Below are positions 40,176 to 54,688 of a stretch of 64,000 bases of DNA, piece by piece. Numbering within the stretch: position 1 is the stretch's first letter; each line of letters starts with the position of its first letter. The translations under genes were made by a program, and so were the position numbers. A model generated the notes under the pieces. That model searched no databases. It was not told where the DNA came from and saw nothing but the letters and a program-made list of their open reading frames with translations. This DNA comes from the human T2T-CHM13v2.0 reference genome, Homo sapiens. The stretch lies in the NCBI RefSeq assembly GCF_009914755.1, contig NC_060933.1; one strand, given 5' to 3'.

Positions 40176-41850
40176 ACCCCTAGGAATGAAAGAAATCAGA
40201 GACAGCACAAACAAATGAAAGAACATTCCACGCTCATGAATTGGAAGAATCAATATCATTAAAATGGCCATACTGCCCAAAGTAAAATACAGATTAAGTG
40301 CTATTCCTATCAAACTACCAACATCATTCTTCACAGAACTAGAAAAAAAACTTTTCTAAAATTCATATGAAACCAAAAAAAGTCCAAATAGATAAAGCAA
40401 TCCTAAGCAAAAAGAACAAAGCCAGAGGCATCACACTACCTGACTTTACACTATAGGGCTATAATAACCAAAACAGCATGGTACTAGTACAAAAGCAGAA
40501 ACGTATGCCAATGGAAAAGAATAGAGAATTCATAAATAAAGCCACATACCTACAACCATCTGATCTTTAACAAAGCTGACAAAAATAAGCAACAGGGAAA
40601 GGATTCCCTATTTAATAAATGGTGCTGGGATAACTTGCCAGCTATATGCAGAAGAATGAAAATGGACCCCTACCTATCACCATATACAAAACTTAACTCA
40701 AAATGGATTAAAGACTTAAGTGGAAAACCTTAAACTATGAAAATCCTAGAATAAAACCTGAAATAAACCATTTGGGACATTGATCTTGGCAAAGAATTTA
40801 TGACTAGGTCCTCAAAAGCAATGACAACAAAAACAAAAATTGACAAATGTTACCTAATTAAACTAAAGAGCTTCTGCCCAACAACAACAAAACTATCAAC
40901 AGAGTAAACAATTTACAGAATGGGAGAAAATATTTGCAAATTATATATCTGACAAAGGTCTAGTATCCAGAATCTATAAGGAACTTAAACAACTCAATAA
41001 GCAAAAACCAAATAATCCCATTAAAAAGTGGGCAAAGGACATGAACAGACACTTCTCAAAAGAAGACATATGCTTGGCCAACAAGCATATGAAAAAATGT
41101 TCAACAACAATAATCAGGAAAATGTGAATCAAAACTACAATGAGATACCATCTCACACCAGTCAGAATGGCTATTAAAAAGATAAGAAATAACAGATGCT
41201 GGCAAGGCTGCAGAGAAGAGGGAATGCTTACACTGTTGGTGGGAATGTAAATTAATTCAGTCACTGTGGAAAGCAGTTTAGAGATTTCTCAAAGAACTTA
41301 AAACAGAATGACCATTTGACCCAGCAATCCCATTACTGGGTATATATCCAAAAGAAAATAAATAATTTGACAAAAAAGACGTATCTACTCATATTTTCAT
41401 CGCAGCACTATTCACAATAGCAAAGACATGGAATCAACCTAGGTGCCCATCAATGGTGGATTGGCGAAAGAAAACGTGGTACATATACATCATGGAATAC
41501 TATGCAGCCATAAAAAGGAATTAAATCATATCCTTTGCAGCCATATGGATGCAGCTGGAGGCCATTATCCTAAGTGAATTAACAAAGGAACAGGAAGCCA
41601 AATAACTCATGTTCTCACTTGTAAGTGGCAGCTAAGCACTGGGTAACTATAGACATAAAGATGGCAACAATAGACACCAAGGACTACTAGAAGGGGTAGA
41701 GGGGGAGGGAAGCAAGTGATGAAAAACTACCTGTTGGGTTCTATGCTCACCATTTGGGTGATGGAATCATTCGTACCCCAAACTTCAGCGCCACACATAA
41801 TAAACCTGCACCCCCTGAATCTAAAACAAAAGTTGAAATTATAAAAAATA
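39670..41850 (+). mobile_element. L1PA15/16-like, 5'-truncated (ORF2 RT through 3' UTR)
   Basis: [29 protein letters not shown]; 3' UTR with GACATAAAGATGGCAACAATAGACAC. Confidence 0.85.
40134..40173. repeat. (CA)n microsatellite within the L1
   Basis: About 20 CA units. Confidence 0.95.
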
Positions 41851-41854
41851 AAGA

Positions 41855-43230
41855 TACCAAAACGGATATATAGACCAATGGAACAGAGCAGAGCCCTCAG
41901 AAATACCACCACACATCTACAACCATCTGATCTTTGACAAACCTGACAAAAACAAGCAATGGGGAAAGGATTCCCTATTCAATAAATGGTGTTGGGAAAA
42001 CTGGCTAGCCATATGCAGAAAACTGAAACTGGACCCCTTCCTTATGCCTTACACAAAAATTCACTCAAGATGGATTAAAGAGTTATACGTAAGACCTAAA
42101 GCCATAAAAACCCTAGAAGAAAACCTAGGCAATACCATTCAGGACATAGGCATGGGCAAGAACTTCATGACTAAAACACCAAAAGCAATAGCAACAAAAG
42201 CCAAAATTGACAAATTGGATCTCATCAAACTAAAGAGCTTCTGCACAGCAAAAGAAACTATCATCAGAGTGAACAGACCAACTACAGAATGGGAGAAAAT
42301 TTTTGCAATCTACTCCTCTCACGAAGGCTAATATCCAGAATTTACAGAGAACTTAAATTTACAAGAAAAAAAGAACTCCATCAAAAAGTGGGCGAATAGA
42401 CACTTCTCAAAAGAAGACATTTATGCAGCCAACAAACATATGAAAAAATGCTCATCATCACTGGTCATTAGAGAAATGCAAATCAAAACCACAATGAGAT
42501 ACCATCTCATGCCAGTTAGAACGGTGATCATTAAAAAGTCAGGAAACAACAGATGGTGGAGAGGATGTGGAGAAATAGGAACGCGTTTACACTGTTGTGG
42601 GAGTGTAGATTATTAGTTCAACCATTGTGGAAGACAGTGTGGTGATTCCTCAAGGATTTAGAACCAGAAATACCATTTGACCCAGCAATCCCATTACTGG
42701 TTATATACCCAAAGGATTATAAATTACTATAAAGACACATGCACACATATGTTTATTACAGCGATGTTCACAATAGCAAAGATTTGGAACCAACCCAAAT
42801 GCCCATCAATGATAGACTGGCTAAAGAAAATGTGGCACATATACACAATGGAATACTGTGTAGCCATAAAAAAAGGATGAGTTCATGTCCTTTGCAGGGA
42901 CATGGATGAAGCTGGAAACCATCATTCTCAGCAAACTAACACAGGAACAGAAAACCAAACACCACATGTTCTCACTCATATGTGGGAGTTGAACAATGAG
43001 AACAAATGGACACAGGGAGGGGAACATCACACACCAGGGCCTGTCATGGGGTAGGGGGACTAGGGGAGGGATAGCGTTAGGAGAAATACCTAATGTAGAT
43101 AACGTGTTGATGGGTGCAGCAAACCACCATGGCACTATGTAACAAACCTGCACATTCTGCACATGTATCCCGGAATTTAAAGTATAATAAAAAATAAAAA
43201 TAAAAGTAAAAATAAAAATAAAAAACATAA
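41855..43230 (+). mobile_element. L1PA7-like, 5'-truncated, inserted in the tail of the preceding L1
   Basis: ORF2 C-terminus, 3' UTR AATGTAGATAAC...GCAAACCACCATGGC, (TAAAA)n tail. Confidence 0.85.
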
Positions 43231-44413
43231 AAGGAAGCTAGCATATCATAGCAGGAGGAACCACATTCTAAACACATTCATAAAATTGTTACATCAGCTC
43301 TTTCCTGTGTATTTTCATTCTTCAATTTCTTTGTTTAAAAAATATTAAGAACAGCCACAAAATTACTGACCTCAGTAATTTGTCAATCTGTTGAGTTTCC
43401 AAAGAGGCAATTATGTAAAGGTCCACAGACTATTTAATACAATTTTCCCCTTAATAAAATAGTAAAGTTATTAAATTTCATTTGGACACACAAAACATTG
43501 TATAACACAAAGGCAATGACATTATCCAAAATCATTCTTATTGCAGTTTTAATTTCATATTTACTGGAGCCTTCCCTATTTTTGAGAAATAATTAGGCCA
43601 ACTCTGAGAAACAAATCAGTTTACTACTATGTTTTAGTTTCCAATGACATTTTAATTTATGCACAGTATATTCACATGACAGAAAAGTTTGGTTTTTATT
43701 TGCAAAACTTTTATTTGCCAAAAAGTTATTCTACATGTTCTACCACAAAAGGTCATGTAGACCTGTTTTTGTTTTGTTTTTATCCGAAATGAGAGTATTT
43801 TATATTTATCTATGCCTTTGTTAACTTAATAGAAACATTATTAATACCTTCTAAACCAAAAGAAAATCGATGTTTCAGGTAAAAACAAAACATAAACTAA
43901 CATTGTTAAAACAAAGCAGCCATAATGAAAGCTGTGGCAAGTGGCATTTAACCTTAACTTGCTTGACGGATATGTTAAATGTTCAATGTCCAGTCTAGGA
44001 AGAATCTCAATGAGGAAATCAGTAGTAATTTGAAGTTCTTTTTGCCTTAAGAAAAAAAGTCCCCCTTTATCAATAACTTATAAAAATAATTGAATACTAA
44101 CCAAGTTGTAGTATTATTCAAAGGCTTAAAAGCTGTGGTAACAGCATCTTATTATATATCTTCCAATAAAGATTACAACATAATTACATCCATTCTTACG
44201 CGTACATGTAACATCTTATTATAAACAATAAGGTTGCCATATGTAAAAATGAGAATTTCAGTTTGGCAAAAACCTGTGTTTTATGCCAAATGCCATATTA
44301 AGAGGTAGATTCCAAAATAAATGTTTAGACTTTTTCTAAAAAGATCAGAAGATGCCAGTAAGTTGAGCAGCTGACAGAACCTAGGAAAGAAACAACAAAA
44401 GACCATCCACTTC

Positions 44414-44762
44414 TGATATGATTTGGCTGTGTCCCCACCCAAACCTCAACTTGAATTGTATCTCCCACAATCCTCACATGTTGTGGGAGGGAACCAGGTG
44501 GAAGTAATTGAATCATGGGGGCCAGTTTTTTCCATGCTATTCTCATGACAGCGAATAACTCTCAGGAGATCTGATGGGTTTATCAGGGGTTTCCGCTTTC
44601 GCTTCTTCCTCATTTTCTCTTGCCACCGCCAGGAAAGAAGTGCCTTTTGTCTCCTGCCAGGATTCTGAGACCTTCCCAGCCATGCGGAACTGTAAACCCA
44701 ATTAAACCTCTTTTTCTCCCCAGTCTCAGGTGAAATCAGCAGCGTGAAAATGGACTAATACA
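44414..44762 (+). mobile_element. THE1A-like solo LTR (ERVL-MaLR)
   Basis: TGATATG...GACTAATACA termini; perfect 5-bp TSD ACTTC. Confidence 0.9.
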
Positions 44763-45016
44763 ACTTCTCAACCATTATCTAAAATTCTTGAAAGTCACAG
44801 CTCCTAACAGTGTCTGGTAAGTTATTAGCACTGTCAACTGAAGTTGAAGACAATTCCAGATTGTCTATTGAGTAAAAACAATAAGGGTGTTTTCATTTAT
44901 CCTGTATTTCCTCATTTTAAAGAGTACATATTTCATAGTATGATAGCTAATATTCCACTATGTCATTCCCAACAGTGCACAAAAGACCTCTATTCTACAA
45001 TACTTAGGATACCTAA

Positions 45017-45372
<356 letters not shown>

Positions 45373-45399
45373 AAAATTCTTAAGAAATTGCAGCATGCT

Positions 45400-46140
45400 T
45401 GATTTTATTACAACAGGTGATGCACTAATAAAAATAATAATGTGGCTCACCATGTGCACAGTATATGCAAGTTACATATATTCATATTCTAATATGCCTA
45501 ATCTTCCCCCAAACCCTATGAGGTTAGTCTATGAGTTGCAAACAATGGAATCCATCCTAAACAGTAGTTTGAACAGAACAAGATTGATTTCAGGGTATCT
45601 GGCAATTACAGAATTTCTGGGGGAGCATGGAAGTAAGTTTGCATTCTACTTTATCAGGAATGATGCAGCCATTCTGGAGAAATGTTCAGCCAGAACGTGG
45701 GATTCTCCTAGGGGAACTCCACAGCTACTGCCTCCTGCCACAGGTGCTCAGGACTAAATATTGAAATGTCACCTCTGCTACTGTGCTTACAAGAGCTAAT
45801 GTCGTCTCGAAGCTTTTCACTGCCCACTTCCACCTCCCAAGTCTCCTTCAGGGTTGCCTACTTGGCAGAACCAGGTCAGATGTAAAACCCAGGTGCGAGG
45901 GAGTCTGGAAATGTTCTCTGTGGCTTTCTAGCCTCTGTTGTATAGGCAGGCATGCTATTAGGGAGTTGGAATGGAATCCAACTAGTATTACCTGCCACTG
46001 AAGGTATTATCTCAGTTTACAGCTGAGGAAACTAGGGATCAGAATTTGAGTGATTTTCCCCGTGGTCACAGTTATTAAGTGACAGATCTGGAATTCAAAC
46101 CCAGGCCTGCCTGCTCCAAAGCCAAAGTTTGCCGTCTACT
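45400..46140 (-). mobile_element. MIR interrupted by an old MLT1-like LTR (~45525-45980)
   Basis: MIR core TACAGCTGAGGAAACT...GAATTCAAACCCAGG resumes after the LTR-like insert. Confidence 0.5.
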
Positions 46141-46622
46141 TGCAATAATCACGTTAATATGGAAAATTGGGGTGGAATGGACAGTGTATCTGATTGCCAT
46201 CTCAAAATCCTTCACCTTTCTATATAATTAGTGCAAGAATTTAAAAAAGGCACATATAATGAGCTCTAAGTTGATCTGGGGTATAGACTGACCCAAATTA
46301 TTCCGTTTAAATCTCTTTGAAAGAGCCTGTATACTCATTGCCTCCAATTTCTCACCAGCATTTTATGCCCCTATCCACTGTAGTGTGTAATTTTAGCGAC
46401 TACCACTCTCTGAAATTAAGCCTTCCATGGACCTTGTGACTTCCTCTTCCTTGCTTATCTAATTCCTCAGAGAACTAACTGGGAGAAACCATGACGTCCA
46501 AATAATGACCACATTCTGTAAACTCAACTTTCTCAACATTTCTTGAGGGATGGCCTTCTCTACTCTGCTGCACAAATGTGGGTCTGGGGCTCTGAACCAA
46601 GACCCTGGGAAAGACCAGGTCA

Positions 46623-46935
<313 letters not shown>

Positions 46936-48569
46936 ATTGTCTATGCTTAAGGTGGGGACAGAACAGGAAGCTAAGGAAGTTCTTCTAAAAGGGCAAGTCT
47001 TGCTCCCCTCCCATAACTAAAATACAAAGGGAAAAGGCACCTCCTAAGAACAGCCAGGCATTGGAGCCTTTTCCAGAGAGGGTCCCTCTTCAAATCCCAT
47101 ATTTGTTCACTTTCCCCCAGAATGTCCTTCTCAGACACCTCCTTTTGGTCTTCTCAGTTCCTGATAATAGCATCACCTTCTGGGCTCTAACCACTACTTC
47201 TTGCTGATGACGTCTACATTCAAATCTCTACCTTAGAACTGTTCTTGGCTGTAGGCTTATATTTCTAACTGTCCTTTGGGATCTCCACTGGGAAATGGAG
47301 AGCAAAATCTAATTATAATATCTCTGAGTAACTCTTGAACCAAGTCTCCTATCTGCAGCCCCTACTCCAGTTCAGACCATCATTACCCATCAATAGAACC
47401 ACTGAGGTGATCACTAAACTGTGTTTTCTGTTCTTGGTTTCTTCCCCCTCTAATCTACTTTTTATGCTACTGCCAGATTCCTCTCTCAAAAATGATCTGG
47501 TGTTGCTTTCCTGCTTAAAAATGTTCAGTGGTTCTTTAGCTCCTAGACAAGACATGGTCTTTAAAAATCCCATCCCAACTTAACAGTCTAGCTTCATGTC
47601 CTGCCAGGCTTTTCCTTGACCCCAGGCTTCAAGCCTCACTGAGGCCACACATGCTCACTTCTCCACACCTTTTTGCTTATGGAAAGAACACACACTTTAG
47701 AGTCACATGAAATTGGGTTCAAATTCTAGTTCTATTATGTGATTGTGGGCAAGGTCCCCAAACTTCCTGAGCTTCAGGACTCATGGTGCAGGTTATTTCC
47801 AATGCTAAATAATTTTAGGCAAGTCTTTAAGCTAGAAATTTCTCATTTAAGCCTGATTTTAATATAAAAACAAAAGTAGATTATGGAAAGTATTCATTTT
47901 TAGTTATCCATTTCTGGAAAATAATACTTCCAACATTCATATTCCTATATGATCACAAAAATAACATAGCATCTCATTATTTTAGAAAATACCATTAATT
48001 CCTCAAACTGAAAAAAAGTCATTATTTTTACATGCTATTATGTTCTGATTTGTATAAATCTAAGATTTCTACAGAAAGGTCAGCTTGACCCAGTTACAAC
48101 CAGCAAATCTTAGATTTGTTACTATTTAATCCCTGTAGACACTCACCACGCCCCAACTTCAAAGTAATGCTAAATAAAAACCCAAACTGAATAGCCACAG
48201 ATAAGGAATGAGAGGTCAACTTCAGAAGCATAAATATAAATGTAATTAAAATTCTATACTATAAAACTTTTCTGGTCCTTTGAATGTTTTTCCTTAATAA
48301 GAAAAGATGTACATTTTACATTATGAGTTGTTTAGTCACACTGACTTCCTCTGCTGAAACTGAAAGCCTAATTTGATAGTATTGACATGCGAGCTAAGAT
48401 ATGAAGTGTTGAAAACAATAGTGGTTCATTATGGGCCCCAGGTATGTGTGGGGGAGGTGGGGAGGAGCCACAGAAATGACAGGATGGTGGAAAGGAAAAT
48501 GCATGAGCTTCCAGGAACAATGCAGGCATCACTGGTTTTCAGTTTGGGGGAAGACAATTAGTGTGCCCA

Positions 48570-49415
48570 GTATCAAATAAAACAGAAAATGAATTCCAGA
48601 TAAATCAAAGCCCTAAATGTACCAAGTGAAATAATAAATACATGTAAAATTTTGAAACTGCTTGTATAATCTTAGAGAGGCAAAGATGTTTTCAAGGAAG
48701 GCAGGGAAAATAAAGGAAAATATGGACATACTTCATACATTAAAAATAAAAAAATTGCCACTTTCTACCCAAGAGGATGACTATTATCCAAAATAAAGCA
48801 AACAAACACACAACAAAAACAGAAAATAACCACTGTTGGTGAGGATGTGAAGAAACCAGAACCCTTTTGCATTGCTGGCAGGAATGTAAAATGATGCAGT
48901 TGCTGTGGAAAATGGTAAGGTGATTCCTAAAACAATTAAACATAGAACTAACATATAATCCAGCAATTCCACTTCTGGGTCTATACCCAAAAGCAATGAA
49001 AGCAGGGACTTGGACAGATGCTTGTACACCTCCATTCATAGCAGCATTATTCACAACAGCCAAAAGGTAGAAGCAACCCAAGTGCATATCAACGGATGAC
49101 TCGGTAAACAAAATGTACATATACACACAACAGGATATTATTCAGCCATAAAAAGGAAGGAAATTCTGACACATACAACCACATGGATGAACTTTGGAGA
49201 CGTTTTGCTAAGTGAAACAAACAATCACAAAAGAACAAATTATATAATTCCACTTATACCTAGAGTAGTCAAATTAATAGAGAGAGACAGAAAGGAGAAT
49301 GGTGGTTGCCAGGGACTGGAGGGAGTGGAGAGTGGGGAGTTTGTGTTTAATGGGTACAAGGTTTCATTTGGTTACGATGGAAATGTTCTGGAGATGGAGG
49401 GTGGTGATGTTTGCA
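48570..49415 (+). mobile_element. L1MB-type 3' portion
   Basis: GGTGAGGATGTGAAGAAACCAGAACCC...GAAATGTTCTGGAGATGGAGGGTGGTGATG. Confidence 0.75.
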
Positions 49416-52400
49416 CAAGGCAGCACAAGGGAGAGGCGCAGTGAAGGGGCCACGTCTGGGCCTTGCAACCAGACTGTCTGCATTTGCATCCTGCCACCAC
49501 CACTTATTAGCTTTGTGTCCATGGGTAGGTCCCTTAATCTCTCTGTTTCCTTATCTGTAAAATATGGGTAATAATACTAACTACCTCTGAGGTTGTTTTG
49601 AGACTTCATTATTAATGAGAATGGCATATAAAAGTAGTACAACCCTATGGCTGAATTTGGAAACAACAACATTAAAATTTAAAATGCACCTACTCTTTGA
49701 TCTAGTAATTCTACTTTCCAGCAGAATCAGCACTCAGTAGAAACTGTTTTTCTCCTTTTCCTCCTTATCAACATCATCATCATCATCATCCCTATGCAGC
49801 TACATGTCCTGATGTGGAAAATTCTGTAAGGTATTGTTAAATGGAAAAAGCAAGGTACAGAAAGGGTATAGTAAGCTACCTTTTGTCATTTCTGTATATA
49901 CATACACACATACATACATATAATCATATTCCAATATGCCTAACTATGTATAGACTATCTTTGAAAGACTATTCAAGAAACTAGGAATGGATGTATCTGA
50001 GGAGGTGAACCAGGTGGCTGGGGACAGGGGTAAGAGGAAGTTTTCAATATATACCTTGTTGTTCTTTTAGAATTTTGATTCATGTACACATATTAACTAT
50101 TCAAAAATTTATAATTTTTATAAAGAAATAAAATCCCTTAAGCCTTCATTTCAGAATGAATCTGTACTCAGGCTGCCTGGGAAGTTAGAGATCTGTTTCC
50201 CTGTCCAATTGCAGGGCAGTGGATAAGGAGGTAATGAAATACAATAAAATATCCTGCAACCGTTACAATGACTTTCCTACATTGTGAAGGCTAGCCACAG
50301 TGCTGGAAAGTGCTTAGACACACTGTCAAGTGCAAAAAGCATAATATAAAATTCTTTTAGAGAGGATAACAAGTAAACTAAAAAAAAAAAGATAGCACAG
50401 AGAAAAAAACTGAAATATTAAACAAGGCTGTTTTGAAATAATAGTACTATGGTAATCTTTTCTTCTTTCCATATAAATGTATTATATAATCTTTTATTTA
50501 TTAGTTCACTCATTATACTAAAAAATATATTAAAAAGGAAAAATGTAAGCAGGGATTACTGGGTAGTGACATAAGAGACTATTCATTTTTTTCTCCTTTG
50601 TATTTATCTATATAAAAATAAGCTAACAATATTTTTTAAAAGAATATCTCCATAATGGTGCTGGAAAGCAAGAACATTTTCAGAAATGTTGAGAAATTTC
50701 TGAAAGAGAGAAAGCAGATGGGATCAAAATGATGGTAAAACCTGTAGGAGTTTCTGTAGAAGAAACTACAACCTAAAGCAGACTCTAGGGAGGACTATTC
50801 TGCCTATAAGAATGCCGGAGAAGCTCCAAGCTTGGAAATAATTTAATACCTACCCACGTAACAACAAATGGTGCCCCTCCATTCCAATACACACAGAGGT
50901 GGCAGTGTTTGTCCCCAGCCAAATTTTCTCCAAAGTGGCAAATCTCTTGGGGGAAGCTTTTATTCTAGGGGATGGAGTCTGAAAGAGAAGAGCTGATATC
51001 GAGGCAATTCTGCACTTCGACAGCAGACAAGAAAGAAAGAAAAAATAGAAGGCAGTACCACTGAGGCCTGAAGTATGACACCATGCTTCGTCCCAGAGTA
51101 AACCTTTGTTCTCTGGCAATTGTGGGGTTCTTCAGCCTGCTTCTTGCTCATCCACCCTAAAGGGAAGCTCTTGTGTTGGCACATGTTGCACATTCCAAAA
51201 GGCCCACAGACTGCACAGAAAATCCATGCCAGCTCCTCAAGATAGTCAACCTGGTTCTTCATCATACATTTGAACAGGCAACCAAGGGCTACCAGACATT
51301 TGAGGGAAACCAACAGCGTAATAGATAAGGATAAAGGTGCATAAAGAGAACATCTGGAACGGGAGATAATAAAGGTAATGCAGAACAGAAGAAAAGAATG
51401 CAGCCCAAGCGATGAGAACCTTCCTTCCCTATTCCCAGATGTATCTCTGAAGGGAGACACATGCCCCTCATGTGCCAGCATGTTTTCTCTATCTGGCTTG
51501 CAGTTTTAGCTCCTGCTGAGGGAGTCCAACAGAAACTGTGATAACACCGCACACAATATGAATGAATCTCATAATCCTAATGTTGAACAAAAGAACCCAG
51601 ACACAGAAAAGGATAAACCAGAAGTAAAAAGATCAAAATTAGACAAAAAACTAGCCCATGCTGTTAGAAGTCAGGATAGTGGCTATCCTTAAGTGGGGTT
51701 AGTGACTGCAAGGGGTTGGGATGCAGCTTAAGGAATATGTTCAGTCTGTGTAAATTAATTGAGTTGTACACTTTAACATTGATAAAAGGCATATATAATT
51801 AATGAAGAAGATAGAAGAGTTAAGAATTTTTTATAAATCAGACAAAACATTAAATGACATGAAGCAAAACTGTTGGGAATACAAAAAAAAATTACAAATT
51901 ATAAATAATAATGGTAGGATTTAACCATCTCTTTCAGAAATATACAGGTTAAATTGGAAAAATGTAGTGATATTAAGGATTAAGCAATTAAATCAACAAG
52001 CTTAATATGTGTGTATCTGTATAGCCAATAAATATTTTTAAATTCTTTATAAATATTTAGGGAACATTGTATTATGCCACAATAAAACATCCCAATAAAT
52101 TCATGAAAGTTGAAATCACATAGGCCATATTTTTTTAACCATAGTACAGTAAAAGTATAAATAAATACAACTAGATAATGATTGCCTAGCTTTAAAACTC
52201 AAGAAAATAAACTGAACAAACTATTAGAATCAACAAGATTCTAATCAGAATCAGCAGAATGGTTGAATATATAATCAACACACAAACATTACAGATTTTC
52301 TATATGCCAAAATCCATTAATAGTTATTCACAATATTGTAAATATAATACCCAGGAAGAAATACTAATCAAAATCTGATCAGAAATTACTTTAGTGAACT

Positions 52401-52494
52401 TTACAAGCTCATTGTAAGATTTCCTTGGAGAGGAAAATATACAAAAAAAGAAAACTTTGAAAATTGTCTTACCTGCCAGACATATAAAGTTACT

Positions 52495-52627
52495 ACAGAG
52501 ATGTGCTGTTCAACATGGTAGCCACTAGCCATACTGAATATTTACATTAAGATTAATTAAAATTAACAATTTAGTTTCTCAGAGGCACTAGTCACATTTC
52601 CAGTGTTCAACAGCCACATGTGAGTGG
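52495..52627. mobile_element. MER3/MER33-like hAT fragment
   Basis: GTGCTGTTCAACATGGTAGCCACTAGCCA...CAACAGCCACATGTG. Confidence 0.6.
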
Positions 52628-53212
52628 ATGTGTGTGTGTGTGTGTGTACACAAATACATAAATATAAACTGATACTTTCAGCCTATCATATTTATATATA
52701 TGATTTAACAAATAATAGTAAAGAAAATCTACAAGCCAATAAAGTTAACCCAATAGAAAAAGGGCATTTCACTGAAGAATAAATACAAATAAAAAATACA
52801 TTATGAAAAATGTTGAACTTCATTTGTAGTAGAAAAATAAAATTTAAACAACAAACATCTCATTTTTGAGTCTCATATAGATAAAAATTGATACTATCCT
52901 TTGTTGGTGAGAGTGCACTCATGCACTATTTTTGGGAAAGCAGAAGAGTACAGTAGTTTTAAGGACAATTTGACAGTATCTGTGTGATAGAAAATCTTCA
53001 TGCTTTTCTCCCCAATAATTTCATGTCCGGGAAGTTACCTACTAAAATATTTATGTATTTGATCAAAGAAATGCATACAAGACTATTCAATATAAACAGT
53101 ATTTGTAATTGAACGAAACTGGGGACCAATTAAATGTCTACCAGTAAGAGAATGATTAAATAAATTCTGATATATTCTTGCTGTGGATGAACAATTTAAA
53201 ACAAAAAGAATA

Positions 53213-53519
53213 GGCTGGGTGCAGTGGCTCATGCCTGTAATCCCAGCACTTTGGGAGGCCGAGGCAGGCAGATCACGAGGTCAGGAGATTGAGATCATCC
53301 TGGCTAACACGGTGAAACCCCGTCTCTACTAAAAATACAAAAAAATTAGCCAGGCGTGGTGGTGGGCACCTGTAGTCCCAGCTACTCGGGAGGCTGAGGC
53401 AGCAGAATGGTGTGAACCCAGGATGTGGAGCTTGCACAGTGAGCCGAGATTGCGCCACTGCACTCCAGCCTCGGCCAAACAGCGAGACTCTGTCTCAATT
53501 AAAAAAAAAAAAAAAAAAA
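53213..53519 (+). mobile_element. AluY
   Basis: Alu dimer with A tail; TSD AAAAAGAATA. Confidence 0.92.
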
Positions 53520-53938
53520 GAATAAAAATAATAGCTAATATTTATCCTGTATTGTACTTATGATGTGCCAGATACTATTCTATTAACTCATTTACTCCTC
53601 ATTTAATCATAAATCACAATCCTACGATTTGGATGTTACTATCATCAAATATCATTTTCTCAGTGAGGGCTTCACTGATTCCACTTTTTAAAACTCCAAG
53701 TGCTTCACCCCCTAAACACCCTTTTCCTTCCCTGTTTTACTGAACTTTTACCTTCAGATATACTATATAATTCACTTTTAAATTTTATTTTATCTTTTTC
53801 CCACTTCTAAAATGTAAGCTCCATGAGGGCAAAGTATCTTTTTCTCTTTTGTTCTCTTGCCATAACCTTGGTGCCTAGAAGAGTGCCTTGCACATAATAG
53901 ATACAAAATAAATATTTTGGATTGAATGACTCATCCCC

Positions 53939-54688
53939 TAATATGGTTTGGCTCTGTGTCCCCACCCAAATCTCATCTCAAATTGTAATCCCTATGTATA
54001 GAGGGAGGGAGCTGGTAGGAGGTGATTGGATCATGGTGGGTGGTTCCCCCCATGCTGTTCTCATGATAGTGAGCGAGTTCTCAGAAGACCTGATGGTTTA
54101 AAAGTGTGGCACTTCCCCCTTTCTCTCTGTCTTTCCTGCCACCATGAAAGATGTGCGTTGTTTCTCCTTCACCTTCTGCCATGATTGTAAGTTTCCTGAG
54201 GCCTCCCCAGCCATGCAGAACTGTGAGTTAATTAAACCTCTTTCCTTTTTAAATTACCTAGTAACAGTATGAAAACAGACTAATACAGAAAATTGGTAGT
54301 GGGAGTTTGGAGCCAAATGTTAATAGCCAAGACAATGGGGAAAATGTCTCCAGGGCATTTCAGAGCTGTTCGTGGCAGCCCCTCCCATTACAAACCCAGG
54401 AGCCTAGGAGGGAGAAATGGTTTCACGGGCCAGGCCCAGTGCCCCACTGCTCTGTGCAGCCTTGGGACATGGTGCCCTGCATCCCAGCTGCTCCAGCTCC
54501 AGCTGTGGCTAAAAAGGGCCAAGGTGCAGCTCAGGTCATTGCTTCACAGGGTGCAAGCCCCAAACCTTCACAGCTTCCACGTGGTGTTGAGCCTGTGGGT
54601 GCACAGAAGTCAAGAACTGAGCTTTGGGAACCTCCACCTCAGTTTCAGAGGATGTACAGACATGCCTGGATGTCCAGGCAAAGTTTGC
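53939..54688 (+). mobile_element. THE1D/MST-like LTR (53939-54287) plus deleted internal fragment
   Basis: TAATATGGTTTGGCTCTGTGTCCCCACCC...GACTAATACA, then MaLR internal sequence GCCAAGACAATGGGGAAAATGTCTCCAGG. Confidence 0.85.

Noticed and set aside
50960-51481. Longest unexplained ORF (173 aa, minus strand)
   Set aside because: Non-ATG start and no recognisable motif. The plus strand resembles an ancient L1ME-type 5' region (ACCAGACATTTGAGGGAAACCAAC) among other L1ME fragments.
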